From the NCBI RefSeq assembly GCF_009914755.1, contig NC_060925.1: a DNA stretch of 64,000 nucleotides. One strand, given 5' to 3'. How positions within the stretch are numbered: the first letter of the stretch is position 1; every line of letters begins with the position of its first letter. Positions 13,423-28,564 of the stretch are shown here, in pieces. Source of the DNA: the human T2T-CHM13v2.0 reference genome, Homo sapiens. The notes under the pieces were generated by a model. That model ran no database searches. It was not told the origin of the DNA and saw nothing but the letters and a program-made list of their open reading frames with translations. The translations under genes were made by a program, and so were the position numbers.

Positions 13423-14082
13423 ATATATATGTGTATATAAAATATATATATATGTATTATATATACACATATATAATATATATTATATATACACATATAT
13501 AATATATATTATATATACACATATATAATATATATTATATATACACATATATAATATATATTATATATACACATATATAATATATATTATATATACACAT
13601 ATATAATATATATTATATATACACATATATAATATATATTATATATACACATATATAATATATATTATATATACACATATATAATATATATTATATATAC
13701 ACATATATAATATATATTATATATACACATATATAATATATATTATATATACACATATGTAATATATATTATACACACACATATAATATATATTATATAC
13801 ACATATATAATATATATTATATATACACATATATAATATATATTATATATACACATATATAATATATATTATATATACACATATATAATATATATTATAT
13901 ATACACATATATAATATATATTATATATACACATATATAATATATATTATATATACACATATAATATATAATATATACACATATATAATATATATATTAT
14001 ATATACACATATATAATATATATATTATATATGCACATATTAGATATATGTGTATATATTATATACGTATATATTATATATA
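13423..14082. repeat. 26-bp palindromic AT-rich minisatellite, ~22 copies plus degenerate ends
   Basis: Unit ACACATATATAATATATATTATATAT (e.g. 13621, 13647). Confidence 0.97.
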
Positions 14083-14706
14083 TGTGGACTTTCTATTTTG
14101 TTTCTTGGTTCTATATGTCTATCTTTACTCCAATATCACACTGTCGTAATTATTGTAGCTTTATAATCAATCTGGAAATCACATAGCATTAGTCATCCAA
14201 CTTTGTTCTTTTTAAAAATTGTTTTTACAGTTCTAGGTCCTTTGCATTTCCATATACATTTTAGAATCAGTTTTTCAACTTCTACAAAAAATCCTGTTGA
14301 TTTGATTTTGAGAGGGGACAGCCTTACCTTAATCCCAATCTTAGGGAGAAAGTATTCAGCCTTTAGCCATTGGTATAATGGTACGGTAGGTTTTTCCGTA
14401 GATGCCCTTTATCAGGCTAAGGAAGTTCCCTTCTATTCCTAGATTAATTTGGGGGGAGAATTGCCATCTTAATAATATTGAATCTTCCAACCCATGAACA
14501 AGATATATCAGTTTATTTAAATCCTCTTTATTTTCTTCTCACCCATATTTTGTATTTTCAAGGTATGGGTTTTGCATATTTTTTTGTCAGATGTATCCCT
14601 AATTATTTAAGAATTTTTGATGTTATTGTAAGTAGTATTGATTTTTGGATTTCAATTTCCAAATGTTAGTTGCTAGTACATAAAAATACACTTTTTTTGC
14701 TATATT

Positions 14707-15070
<364 letters not shown>

Positions 15071-15456
15071 TAGATTCATTGTATATTCCACATAGATAAT
15101 CATGTTATCTGTGAATAAAGTATTTACCTCTTTTCAATCTGAATGCTTTTTTTTTTTCTAAACTCTTTGTTTTGTTTGGCTTCATTGCACTGGCTAACAT
15201 CTCTAGTACAGTGTTCAGTTTATGTGAAGAGAGTGGACATACTTACCTTGCTCCCAATCTTAAGGAGAGAGTCTTCAGCCTTCAGCCATTGAATAATGAT
15301 ACCGTAGATTTTTTTGAAGATCCCCTTTACCAGTTTAAGGAAGTTCTCTTCTACTTTTAGTTTGTTCAGTTTTTTTAAAATCATAAATGAATATTGGATT
15401 ATGTCAAATTCTTTTTCTGCATTTATTAATCTGATCACATGTTTTTTCTTTTTTTG

Positions 15457-15724
15457 TGTGGTAGACCAAATAATGGCTTCCTAAGGATGTCCATGTCCTA
15501 ATTCCTGAGACCTGTGAAACTAACATGACAAAAAGAACTTTGCTTAGATGATTAAATTAAGGAACTTGCCATGGGGAGAGTATCCTCAATTATCCTGGTG
15601 GGCCCACTGTAATCACAAGAATCCTTAATAGGTGGAAGAAAAAGAAGAAGATGGAGAAGAAGAAAAAGAAGAGGAGGAAGAAGAAGAAGAAGAAGAAGAA
15701 GAAGAAGAATAAGAAGAAGAGGAA

Positions 15725-15759
<35 letters not shown>

Positions 15760-16113
15760 AGAAGAAGAAGAAGAAGAAGAAGAAGAAGAAGAAGAAGAAG
15801 AAGAAGAAGAAGAAGAAGAAGAAGAAAGCATGTGCGAGAGAAACAGAGGGACTTGGAGATGTTATGCTGTCAGCTTTGAAGATGGAGGACGGGGCCATGA
15901 CCCAAGGAAGGGAGACAGCCTCTAGAAACTTGCAAAGGCAAGGAAATATATTCTCCCCTAGAGCTTCCAGGATTAATGCAATCGTGTATCACCTTGATTT
16001 TAGCCTAGTGAAATCCATTTGGACTTCTGATTTCCCAAACTGTAAGGTAATTTTTTGTTGTTTAATCCACAAAGTTTGTGGTAATTTGTTCTATAACAGA
16101 AGGAAATTAATAT
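15457..16113 (+). mobile_element. MLT1 (C/D-like) MaLR solo LTR containing a GAA tract
   Basis: TGTGGTAG...ATAATGGC...GATGTCCATGTCCTAATTCCTG, CTTTGAAGATGGAGGA, TTCTCCCCTAGAGCTTCCAG, AAGTTTGTGGTAATTTGTT. Confidence 0.88.
15634..15826 (+). repeat. (GAA)n tract, ~64 triplets with 30 pure GAA at 15737-15826
   Basis: Read directly from the sequence. Confidence 0.98.
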
Positions 16114-16782
16114 GAATTACATTGATCTAATTTTCAATGTGAAACCAACTTTGTATTCCCAGGATAAACCTCCTTGGTCATCATGTATTATCCACTTTAT
16201 ATATTGTTGGATTTGATTTGCTAAGATTTTGTTTAGAATTTTACATATATGTTCAAGAGGGATATTGGTCTGTAGCTTTCTTGTAATGTCTTTGGCTTTG
16301 TCATCAGAGTAATGTTGGTCTCATGGACTGAGTTGGAAAGTGTTCTTTCCTTTTTAATTTTCTGGGAGAGTTTGTGTTGAATTGGTGTTATGGCTAAAAC
16401 CCAAAGTGTTTCTCCTACTCTCACACACGACTCAACACAATACTTCTGACACCAGATGTGTGTGGGTTGTTTCTCCACACACCACGCATTCTCCAGTGGA
16501 CCCCAGCTGGAAGTCCTCTAATTCAATTCAATTCTGACACTGTCTACTTGGAGATAGCTTCAGACCGCCCAGGTTAAGGGCTCAGTCCCACAAGACTCCC
16601 CCTCACCACAGATGCCAATTGCAAACCCCAGGTATGACCTGTGCTTTTGGCCACCCAGGGGTTCTCAGGATTCCTTCCTTAGATTTGAATAATTTGCTAG
16701 AGCTGCTCACAGAACTCAGGGAGACACTTTACATTTACCAACTTATTTTAATGAATTTTTGAAAATTTAAAATTATTTTTAA

Positions 16783-17135
<353 letters not shown>

Positions 17136-17457
17136 TAGGGCAAGGCATGGGGGAAGTGCATGGAACTTCTATACCCTCTCTGGATATACCACCCTCCAAG
17201 AATCCCGTGTGTTTGGCAGTCTGGAAGCTCCTCCAAACATTGTCTTTTTGGATTTTTATGGAGGCTTCATTAAACAGGAATGATTGATTAAACCATTATT
17301 CCATTGGTGCTTAACTCAACCTTCAGGCCTTCTTTCCTCCCTGGAGATTGGGGGTTGGGGCTGAAGTCCCAACCCTTTAATCATGCTTTGGTGTTTCTGA
17401 AGCTGTCATTCTGAAGCTGTCTAGGGCCTGCCAGCCACCAGTCATCTTATTAGCATA

Positions 17458-17832
17458 TGCTATGGTCTGAATGTTGGTGTACCCCCAAAATTCATATGTT
17501 GAAACCTCACCTCCAAGATGATAGTACTAAGAGATGGGACCTTTTTGGAAGTGATTAAGTCATGAAGATTACACCCTCGTGAGTGGGATTAGTGCCTTTA
17601 TTAAAGAAGTTGGAGGGAGGTGCCAGGTCCCTCCTGCCCCTGGCACCGTGTGAGGACACAGCGGCGATGTGCCATCTGTCCTGCACAGAGTAAGCCCTCA
17701 CCAAATACTGAATCTGCCAGGACCTTGATTTTGGACTTCCCAGCCTCCGGAACTGTGAGAAATACATTTCTTCTATTTATAAATTATCCAGCCTAAGGTA
17801 TTTTATTATAGAAACCAGAATGGACTGAGATA
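17458..17832 (+). mobile_element. MLT1A/MST MaLR solo LTR
   Basis: TGCTATGGTCTGAATG...CCCCAAAATTCATATGTTGAAACC, GGACTTCCCAGCCTCCGGAACTGTGAGAAATA; 5-bp TSD GCATA at 17453-17457 and 17833-17837. Confidence 0.9.
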
Positions 17833-18591
17833 GCATACGAAAGACACTCTTGCCATTCTGGAGATTCCAAGGGTTTTAGGAGCTAAGTGACAGGAAATGG
17901 TACAAAGACTAATATATATTTTACAATATCACAGCTTCCTTAAATGTTTCCTAAAATTCCCCACTGAAGTCACCTGGTTCTGAAAGTATCTTTGTGGGAA
18001 AGTTTTAACTACAAATTCAATGTATTTAATAGATAGTCTTTTATTCCTTTCAATATTCTTAGAATCTGTAGTGATATAATTTCTCTCATTCCTGATATTG
18101 GTAATGTTTTGTCTTCTCTCTTTTTCTGTGATCAGTCTAGCTGGAGTTTTGTCAATTTTATTGACTTCTTCAAAGAATCAGCTTTTGTCTTTGTTTGCTC
18201 GATTATTTTTCTATTCCATTGATTTCTGCTCTAATCTTTATTATTTATTTTCTTCTGCTTACTTTGGGTTTAATTTGCTCTTCCCCGCCCCCGCCCCCCC
18301 CCACCCAGTTTCTTAAGATAGAAGCTGAAGTCTTTGCTTTGAGACTGTTCTTTTCCACTATTGGTATTTATTACTATCAATATCCTAAGTACTGTTATAG
18401 AGGCACCCCACTAATTTTGTGTTTTCATTTAGTGTTTTATTTTCACTTTCATTCAGTTCAAAATACTTTATAATTTCCCCTTTCATTTCTCCTTTGACCT
18501 CATGGGTTATTAAAAGTGTGTTCTTTAATCTCCAAGTATTTGGCTGGTGATTTTTACATATCTCTGTAATTCCAATATAATTCTATTATAG

Positions 18592-18900
18592 TCAGAACTT
18601 CATTTGTATGACTTGAATTATTTTAAGTTTATTGAGACCTTTTTTATGGCTAAGAATATGATCTATCTTTAAAAATATTCTCTGCGCCCTTGAAAATGAT
18701 GTGTATTCTGATGTTGGGTGGAGTGTTCTAAAAATGTCAATTAGGCCAAGTTGTTTTATAGTGTTATTAAAATCTCCCAAATCCTTAGTGATTTTCTGTC
18801 TGCTTGCTTTATCAATTATTGAGAGAAGAGTCTTGAAATCTCCAACTGTATTTGTGGATTTGTCTATTTCTCCTTGCAGTTCTATCCATTTTTGCATCAT
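18592..18900 (-). pseudogene. L1 ORF2 endonuclease-domain relic (non-functional)
   Basis: GDFKTLLS, DIFRTLHP and IDHIL match the L1 APE-endonuclease motifs GDFNTPLS, DIYRTLHP and IDHIL; no intact ORF2. Confidence 0.9.
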
Positions 18901-19599
18901 GTATTTTGGAGCTATTTAATTAGATGCATAAACATTTTGAATTATGCCCTCTTCATTGACTGACCCTATGATCATTATGAAATGAACTTTTTTAATCCCT
19001 AGTAATATTTTTATAATCTGAGATCTATTCTGTCTGATATAGTGCAGCTATTACAGCTTTCTTTTATTTGGTGTTAGTAGGCTACACTTCTTGACATCCT
19101 TTTACTTTTACCCTATTTCTGTCTTTATATTTAATATATGTCTTTGAAAGAGTACATAGTTGGGTCCTGATTTTTTTTTATCCAATCTGACAATTTTTAC
19201 TTTTTAATTGGGGAGTTTGGATCATTTACATTTAATGTGATCATTGACATGGCTAGGTATAAGTTTATCATCTTGTGATTTGTTTTATATTTGCCCCATC
19301 TATTCTTTGTTCCCCTTTTTATCTTTTTCTGCTTTCTTTTGGGGAAAATGAGTATTTTTTGTGTTTCCAATTTATCTCTATTGTTGACTTATTAGCTATA
19401 ACTTCTAATATTGTTATTTTAGTGGTAATTTTAGGGATTATAGTATGGATCTTTAACTTATCACAGTCTACTTTCAAATAATGTTATACCACTTCAGGTA
19501 TAGTGTAACAATCTTTCAATAGCATACCCCTACTCTTCCTCTCTCATTCAGTATTCTATTGTTGTCATACATTTAATTTACATATATAAAAAATAAACT

Positions 19600-19942
<343 letters not shown>

Positions 19943-20236
19943 TTAAAGTGCTTGAAATAATAATAAAACATATTTACCCATGTAGTTACCACTTTTGGTG
20001 CTTTTCATTCCTTGGATCCATATTTCCCACTGTTATCATTTTGCTTCTGCCTAAAGGACTTCCTTTAATATTTCTTATGATGAAAGTCTGTTGGTGATGA
20101 ATTCTTTATGCTTTGTATATCTGAAATAGTCTTATTTTGGTTTTGTTTTTGAAAGTTATTTTTGCCGGGTTTGGAATTACAGGCTGACACTCTAATCACA
20201 CATATATTAGGTTGTTTAATGTTGAACCACAGATCA

Positions 20237-20562
<326 letters not shown>

Positions 20563-21692
20563 ATTGATTTTTCTTTCTGTGTGTTTCATTTTGGGTAGTT
20601 TCTATTGCTGTGTCTTTATGTTCACTAATCTTTTCTTCTGCAATGTCCAATCTGCCATTCCTCCCATCCAGTGTAATTTTCCCCTCTGATTGTTTTTGAT
20701 CTCTGTAAGTTTGATTTATGTCTTTTTAATATCTCAATCCTCCACTTAATTACTATGATTAACATCTATGTACATTCTGAGTCAGTTTCAATTAATTAAT
20801 TAATTAATCTTCATTATAGAGCATATTTCCCTGCTTCTTTGCATACCTGATAATCTTTGATTAGATGCCAGACATTGTAATTTTTACCTTTTTGAGTATT
20901 TTTGCATTCCTTTGGATACTCCAATTACATATACATTAGGAGTTCTTTATATTCTTGGTTATTTCTGCATTTCTACAAATATTCTGAACTTTGTTCTGGA
21001 ATGCAATTAATTTATTTGCAGGAAGAGTTTGATCCTTTTAGGTCTTGCTTTGAAGATTTGTTAGGTGGGACCAGAGCGGCATTTAAATTTAGGGCTAATT
21101 ATTCTTCATTGTTGAGGCGAGAATCTTCTGAGTATTCTACCCCATCTCGCACTAATTATGAGGTTTTCTAGTCCTGGTGAGAACAAATGTTATTCCAGGC
21201 CTTGTGTGATTGCTGGGTACTGTTTCCTCTATACCTCTGGATGATTACTTGTTCAGCCTTGGGTATTTTCCATATACACATGTGCTGATCAGTACTCCGA
21301 TGAATACTTGAAGGGGACCCTCTGCAGGTTTCTGGGGTTCTGGCTGTCTTTGTAGGTCTCTCTCCTATTGAGTGCTCTGTCCTGCAAATTCTTGTCTTTG
21401 TCTTTCTGGACCCCTAGCTCTATCTTCCCAATTTAGGATGTTTCCCAGGCACTACTTCCATTCCTACTTCCTGTGATGCAACAGAGAAACTCTACCAAGA
21501 CAGTATGCTGAGATGATTTTAGGGCTCACCTTGTTTGTTTTCTGTCTCTAAGGGATACTATCCTTTGTTTTCTGATGTCCAGTATCTTGAAAACCATTGT
21601 TTTATATAGTTTGTGTGTGTTTTATTTGTTTGTTTCAGGCGAGAGGATAAATCTGGCCTCTGTTGCTTCATCTTGGATAGAAGTAGGTGCCT

Positions 21693-22700
21693 CTCTCCAT
21701 GGCTTTAAACACCATCTATATGGTAATGACTGCCAAGTTCACCCCTGAACTTCAGACTCCTATATCCAACCTGGGATAGTCATGGCCAGCACCTCAAACT
21801 CACCATGCCCAAAATGGAACTTTTCACTGTCCTCTCATCAAATCTTTCCTTCCTGCCATCCCCATCTCAGGAAACGTCACCTAGATGTTCAGGCAAAAAA
21901 CCTTGGACTTATCTTTTTCCTCTCTTTCTCTCACATTCTATATAGCACTACCTCAGTAGCTCTTTTTGGCTTGAACTTCAAAATGCATCTCAAATCTGAG
22001 ACCCTTCCATTACTCCCACCACTGGCTAAAGCTCCTGTCACTATTCACCTTGAACCTTGCAATAGCTTTCTAGCTCCGAACCAACTGCGTTCACGCCTCA
22101 TCCCTCCTGCCGTCTGTTTTTCCTTCAGAATCCAGTGAGCCTTTAAAACTTTTAGCCCCCTCGTGATTGTTCAAAACCCTCCACTGGCTTCCTAACACAA
22201 CTTAGAACAAAGCCCTAGACCCCTGTCGTAGTGCACAGGACACTATCTGATATGGCCTCTACCGCCTCTCTTGCTTGCTCCACTCTGACCACCCAGGCCT
22301 TCTCGCTGTCACTTGAACATGCCAAGGACCCTCCTGTGTCAGGGGCCACTTCCTTTCCCAGTGCCAGAATTGCTTCTCCCTACACATTTCCCCATCTCTT
22401 CATCAATCTCAGCTCAAAATCATCCCCCTAGAGAGCTCTCCCATAGCTGTCTGATCTAAGATAGCTCGCTCCCTGCTGCTGCTTCTCCCCTACTCTGCTT
22501 GATTTTTCATCATAGAACTTCTCTCCACCTGACACCCTACATATTTACTTGTTTGTGCATTTATTATCCCTCTTTCCGTGGAATGTAGCCTTTATGAAGG
22601 TGAGGGCTTTGTCTTGGTCGCTGCTGAGTTCCCTGTGCCTATTACAATGCCTGGGGTAAAGTAGGTGCTCAATGAAGCAGATTGAGCGAATGAATGAGTG
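21693..22700 (+). mobile_element. L2a 3' portion
   Basis: CCATGGCTTTAAACACCATCTATATG, CACCTCAAACTCACCATG, AAAACCCTCCACTGGCTTCC, GTAGGTGCTCAATGAAG...GAATGAATGAG end. Confidence 0.85.
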
Positions 22701-22908
22701 CTCTTCTTGGCCACTAGGTACGATCGACAGGCTGTGTGACTCTGGACAAGTCCTTTGCCATCTCAGGGCATGTCTTTTTTAGGTGGGTGCTGGCTAAAAG
22801 CCCTGGCGTTTGCTGTTCAGTTCCCCACCACGCTAGGCGCCACACTGGAGGGGCTGGGCGATACTGGCCATCCCGCGCTTGGAGGCTCTGGGCTTCGGAT
22901 AGTCACGA

Positions 22909-22927
22909 TTACCACCAGAGGGCGCTC
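22909..22927 (+). promoter_or_regulatory. CTCF core motif in a small CpG-rich patch
   Basis: CCACCAGAGGGCGCT (22912-22926) matches CCASYAGRKGGCRSY exactly; about 13 CpGs retained in 22800-22975. Confidence 0.7.
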
Positions 22928-23689
22928 GATGCTCAGATTACGGACCAGGGGCTCTGGGTAGGTAGACGCGTCACTGAGACTGTATTTAGGACCTGGGTAT
23001 ACAGGTGGTGTAAATGTGTTGGGGAATGGGGAGGCATTTCTAGGAGTCCTGACTCTGGGGTTCAGGATGTGGAGTCTCAGTTCTGCAGCTCACCCTCCCA
23101 TGCTTGCTCCGCACCCACAGACAGACCCTGGGGAAAATTTTCACCTGTGTCTTCCTGGGGAAGGAAAAAACGGAGTCCACTAGCATGGAAACTGTTTGGG
23201 GGGGGTGCTCAGTGGCTTTCCACATGTCCTAGATCCCAAGATCTCCTTGTGGCTTTGGGTAAGACAAGTAAACCTCCTGGCATCACTGAGCAGGGTGGCC
23301 CTATTGTCCTTGGGGTCCCTCCAAGGAGCCAGAAACCTGGCAAGCCCGACCCAGCCTCCCAGCCGCCTTTAGGGCTGAGTCCTTCGTTGTCCCTCCACAG
23401 GTCAAGGAAGACCCCCTTCCCCAGACTGTAGATGGTTTCTCAGGATCCCAGGGCTCTCGCAGGGCAATCTCAGGCAGGAGTGAGGAGATGCCTTCTGAGT
23501 GGAGAGGCTCACCTGTGAGCAAGCTCATTTCATTCTCTCAATTAGTCGCAGTGTTTTTGCTATTGACTCACATTGCAAATGGGGATACCGAGGCCCAGAA
23601 AGTAGGAAAGACAGTGAGAGGTCACATATCAGCATGTGGCACATTTGGTTCCACTGCTCCCTCTGTTTTGTGTGTGCTCAATGCCTCTT

Positions 23690-24090
23690 TGGGCCATTCT
23701 CTTTCCAGAGAGTTATCTTTCCCAGCTCAAACACAGCCTCTGAGCCTTTGTACTTGCTGTTCCCTTTGCCTGGAACATCTTTCCCCACGATCTTCAGGTG
23801 CCTGGCTCCTTCATGTCACTCAGGCAGCAGACCAGATGCCACCTCCTCAGAGAGGACTTCCCTGACTATACCCTGTCTCTCTCTATCTCACCAGCTTGTC
23901 TTATTTCCTCTACAGCACTTAGCACCATCTAAAATTAATCAATTTCCTGGTTTCTGGTCTATGCTATGTTTTCCCCATCAGAGTGAAAGCTTCACTGGGA
24001 CAAGGACCCTGCCCAAACGCGTTCCCAGTGGGCCACATTTCACCTATGGCACACAGTATGAGGAGACCCATGGATATTGAATGAGTGAGT
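23690..24090 (+). mobile_element. L2 3' fragment
   Basis: GCCTTTGTACTTGCTGTTCCCTTTGCCTGGAA, ATGCCACCTCCTCAGAGAGGACTTCCCTGAC, TATTGAATGAGTGAG. Confidence 0.82.
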
Positions 24091-25274
24091 GAGGGGGAGG
24101 GAGAGTTGCCTGTCACCCATGCGGGTCCCCAGACAAGGTCTCAGTAGCACAGAGTCACACCTGACCCCTTCCTGAAGGTCCAGGCTTCATGATGCTCTGG
24201 GGCCGCTGTGCCCACTTCTCTCTGGGGTTCTTCCTTCCCCATCTGCACCCCGATGAGAGGGATGCTCCTCAGACAGGCAACCATGGAGTGTTTGATTTAA
24301 GAACAGCCAACACCAATATGTGGGAGAAGGAAGGAGGGGAGCAGTGGACCCTGAGGGTGGGCTGCAGCCTATGGTGGTCTGAGGAGTGAAGCTTCCAGGA
24401 TCTGGGGTACAGTTGGCCACACCTGTGATTGCAGAGGTGCTGATGCCTTTGTGTTTCAAAACTCAGGCTAAGTGTGTGCATGGACTGTTTAGCCATAATG
24501 ACTGCCCTCTGTGAGATGGTGAGAGGACCTGTCTTGCGAGGAGCTGCAGAGGGCATCCACTTCACTATGTGTGAGTGCCAAGTGCTCCTAAGCACCAAGA
24601 ATGCTGACTTGCAGGATGGCTTGGTGACTGGGTGGAGAGCAGACAATGGATGCAGCAGGAGAACGAGTTGTGTTTTGGGCCAAGAGGATCTGGATTTGAA
24701 TCCTGGCTCAGTCACTTCTGTGCTGTGTGACCTTGGACAAGTGACTTCCTCTCTCTGAGTTAAGAAGAAATGAACTCTGAGAACTGTGTTTTCCTGGGAC
24801 TAGCTCTGAAACTCCACCCTCCCAGGCTCAGCTTTTCTGTCTAGGGTTCCTGGTCACCATTCAAAGCCCAGTATAAAGCGCCCCTCCTTTGGGAAGCTAT
24901 ATCCCCATCCCATACCTGGAGGTTCAGGTTCCTCTTCCTCTGGGGTCTCTCTATTCTGCCTGTATCTACAGCACATTGGTGTTGTCTGTTTTTATGTCTG
25001 ACTCCTTCCCATGATGCTGGAGACCCTGGCAGGCCGGCAGTTGCATTGTTCATTTCTTCATCCTTCCTGCCCAGCATGGGGATGGCACACCGTAGGTGTG
25101 GTGGTGATACTGAGTGAGTTGGGTCCCTGAGACTGGGTTGATTTCTCTGCTCAAGGATCCCTCAGGATAAACTTGTCATCCTCATCACCCCAACATGACT
25201 CCTCGTCTAGCAATCCCTGCCCTCTTTACCACTTCAGTAGGGTTGCCCAGAGTGAGATAACATCACCAGCAGCA

Positions 25275-25670
25275 CCTAACTTACCGTGTGCTAGGCATGG
25301 TGCCACACACTCACGTGTGTTATCTCACCCAGTCCTCATGGCCACACTATGATACTATTTTCATACCCATTTTAGACATGAACAAACTGAAGCTCAGGGA
25401 GATGAAATAGCTTGCCTGAGGTCACTTGGCTCACAAGTGGTAAAGCTGGTGGTGTACTGGTAAATGTTGAATAATCAGCTCTCCAAACAAACATGTACAA
25501 GCTTCCATATGTGGAGTTTACTAATTTCTGTGATGCTCCACAGAATTTCAAGTTATCAACATGACATCACTGAACTTGGAGTTGGGAAGAGATGCCCACA
25601 GCTGGTTCTTATGAGCAGGTAAGAGCTTGCTTCAGCACGTCATGGGGCAAACCCAAGTCTGTTTGATCCT
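25275..25670 (-). mobile_element. MIR interrupted by MER63 (hAT) at ~25449-25640
   Basis: MIR CCCATTTTAGACATGAACAAACTGAAGCTCAGGGAG; MER63 TGGTGTACTGGTAAATGTT...ATTTCAAGTTATCAACATGACATCACTGAAC...GAGTTGGGAAGAGATG. Confidence 0.78.
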
Positions 25671-26641
25671 GACCAATCAGCATTCTGTCTAGATTCCTAA
25701 GATCTGCTATTAAGTGATAAAAGTAAGGTGCATTAGGGTACATATCAAAGGGAAAAAAGAATATATATATATACACACACACACATATGAAAGAATATAC
25801 ACATATTATGTGTAATTTGCTTGTGTGTGCAAATCTAAAAGGATTTGCCAGGAACTGATCACATCATTGGTTTTCTCCACTGGGTAGTAGCTGGAAGGCA
25901 GAGTGGGAGAGAGATTTTCTCTGGGTATTCTTTTGTACTTTTAAAAATTCGAGCCATATGGGTGTATTAACTATTCCAAAAAAAAAAAAAAAAAAGAACA
26001 AACACGCAACAAATCCAGATGACCAAGCAACCAACCAATCAACCACAAACAGACTTTGGGCCTGCAGCTCTGTCCTGGGCTGGTCTGCGGGCCTGGAGCT
26101 GGGCAGGGGTTGCTGAGTGGCTTGATCAGGGCTGCCCACCAGACCACACTGCCTTTCGGCAGGCCTTGGTCTGTGCAGCCAGGCTGGTGTGTGGGGATGA
26201 TGGGGAGGCTTCCATGCCTGGAGTCTTCCGGGAATATGAGGGATGGGTGCACTTGTTTTAATTCTCACCCGTGCAGCTTGGTCACTGAGACCATGGCACT
26301 GCATTCTAAACTCAATTAGAAATTTAACAAACCTTATAAATCCTCCCCAGCCTGAGCCTTGTAAATCTCTGGAGCGGGCCAGCTTAGCACTTATCCATCT
26401 CCGGCTTAATGACCTCCCCAGCCTGGCCTGGGAATGATTCAGGGCTGGTGACAGGTCTAATTAGTGAGCACGAACTGTAGCTCCAAGTATAGTGAGGAGG
26501 AAGTGCGTGCTTGGTCTCTGCCCCCGTGGCATTAGAGAGGTGAGTGAGTCTTAGTCCTTAGTCCTCATCCAGCCCAGATCTTGGGATACTGGCACATGGG
26601 AGGAAGGGGCAAGAAGGGTGTGGCAAGTGTCTCTTTGATTT

Positions 26642-27073
<432 letters not shown>

Positions 27074-27349
27074 TAGGGAGGCAGTGAGTTTGTAGGTATA
27101 TCTGAAGTCCTGTTGATGGCATGGGTGGTGAGTGCTTGGAGGGTGGGTTCTGATCTTCTTGGGCCTGACAGAATTGTGTTCCAGAGATACACATATGAAA
27201 TCAGAGAGGGTCCAGTTAGCCCCATTTTTACGAGCTCAGGCTTCAGATTTAGTGAGAGGATGGATTTTCCAACCAAGCTAACTAGGCTTGTGAGGTAGTG
27301 AGCTCCCTGTCAGTGGACAGAACACTTGGGATTCTCTACCATTAATGGA

Positions 27350-27501
27350 AGACCAGCTGTGTGCCCCATCAGACACCAAGTCTGCCGGTGCCTTGATCTT
27401 GGGCTTCTAAGCCTCCAGAACTGTGAGAAATAAATGTGTGTTGTTTATAGGCCACTCAGTTTATGAGATTTTTGTGATAGACGTTCAAATGGACTAAGAC
27501 A
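27350..27501 (+). mobile_element. MLT1A/B MaLR LTR 3' fragment
   Basis: TCTGCCGGTGCCTTGATCTTGG...GCCTCCAGAACTGTGAGAAATAAAT...ATGGACTAAGACA. Confidence 0.85.
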
Positions 27502-28564
27502 CTGGGGGTGGGTTGGGTCTGAGGCCCTCCTTTTTTACCCATGACTTTTCTTGCTTAAATGCAGGAAGCAGACGGACATTGGGGTTGCGTGGGTGGGGAC
27601 GCTGGGGTGACAGATGCCACCTCTCACACCACCAGCCCCTCTGAGCCTCCCACCCCCGCCCCCAACCCCAGAACAGTAACCAGCAGGAGGCCTGGGCAAT
27701 TGTTTCCAACCAAGCCTCCTCCTCAGTGGCGGGAAAGGGAAAGTCATATTTTTATCTATAACTCACAATGAATAAAAATTTAATTACACTGAAAAATTTA
27801 AATTTCATAAGAAATAAATATTAATCCTGGAGAGTGACTTTTGTAGGAAGATAACTTTCAAATGTCGTCAATCTGGAGGTACTGGGGTCTGAGAGGGAGG
27901 GGGAGCCTCCAATCAGGCTCTTGGTCTGGGCTGGGGGGTCTCCACTCCTGAGACTGAGGGTTCAAGGACTCAGATCTCCACTTAGCAAAGAGCCCACCTC
28001 TCCCCAGCTATGGGGGCAGCAAGGTGGCCACTCTGAAGGTGTGATATCTTCTCCTCTCCATTCGTGCCTCGGTACCCATCAACTCCCTCCCACTTTCAAT
28101 GGTAATTCATCAGCTGCCATGCGCAGACATTTTTCTAGGTGCTGGGGACAGTGCAGGGAAGGAACCAGATGTCATCCTTGCCCACGTGGTGCATAAGGTC
28201 TTGTGAAGGAGGCAGACATGAAATCAGTAGCCACCAATACCACTGCCCAGTGAGTGCTCTGCCGAGCACTGCACCCCGACCTCCACTTGGTTTACCTGAC
28301 GATTATTGTTATTTGCTTAAAAAATTCAAGTAAAATGCACAAACATAAAGTGCGTACAACATAAGCCCACAGCTCAATGACTGATGACCGTTGTATGAAT
28401 ACGCACTCTCCGGGTTAAGGAATGTAACACTGGCTCCCATGCTGGGGATTTGACGGAGGGGAAGGCCCTGCCTTGGGGACCTTCACAGACTGTTTGATGG
28501 ATGATTCTTGCTACCTGGCCAGGGAGAGAATGATCTGGGGGTACGGTGGCCTAATATTAGTAAT

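Noticed and set aside
12865-14082. Regularly spaced repeats with a unique insert, superficially CRISPR-like
   Set aside because: Head-to-tail minisatellites without unique spacers, in primate DNA with no cas genes; the insert is a local duplication.
15590-16115. Poly-Lys, poly-Phe and poly-Ser ORFs
   Set aside because: Translations of the GAA microsatellite within an LTR.
22736-23431. Longest ORF in the track (231 aa)
   Set aside because: Non-ATG start, no recognisable domain, no clear exon boundaries; consistent with a chance ORF in GC-rich DNA.
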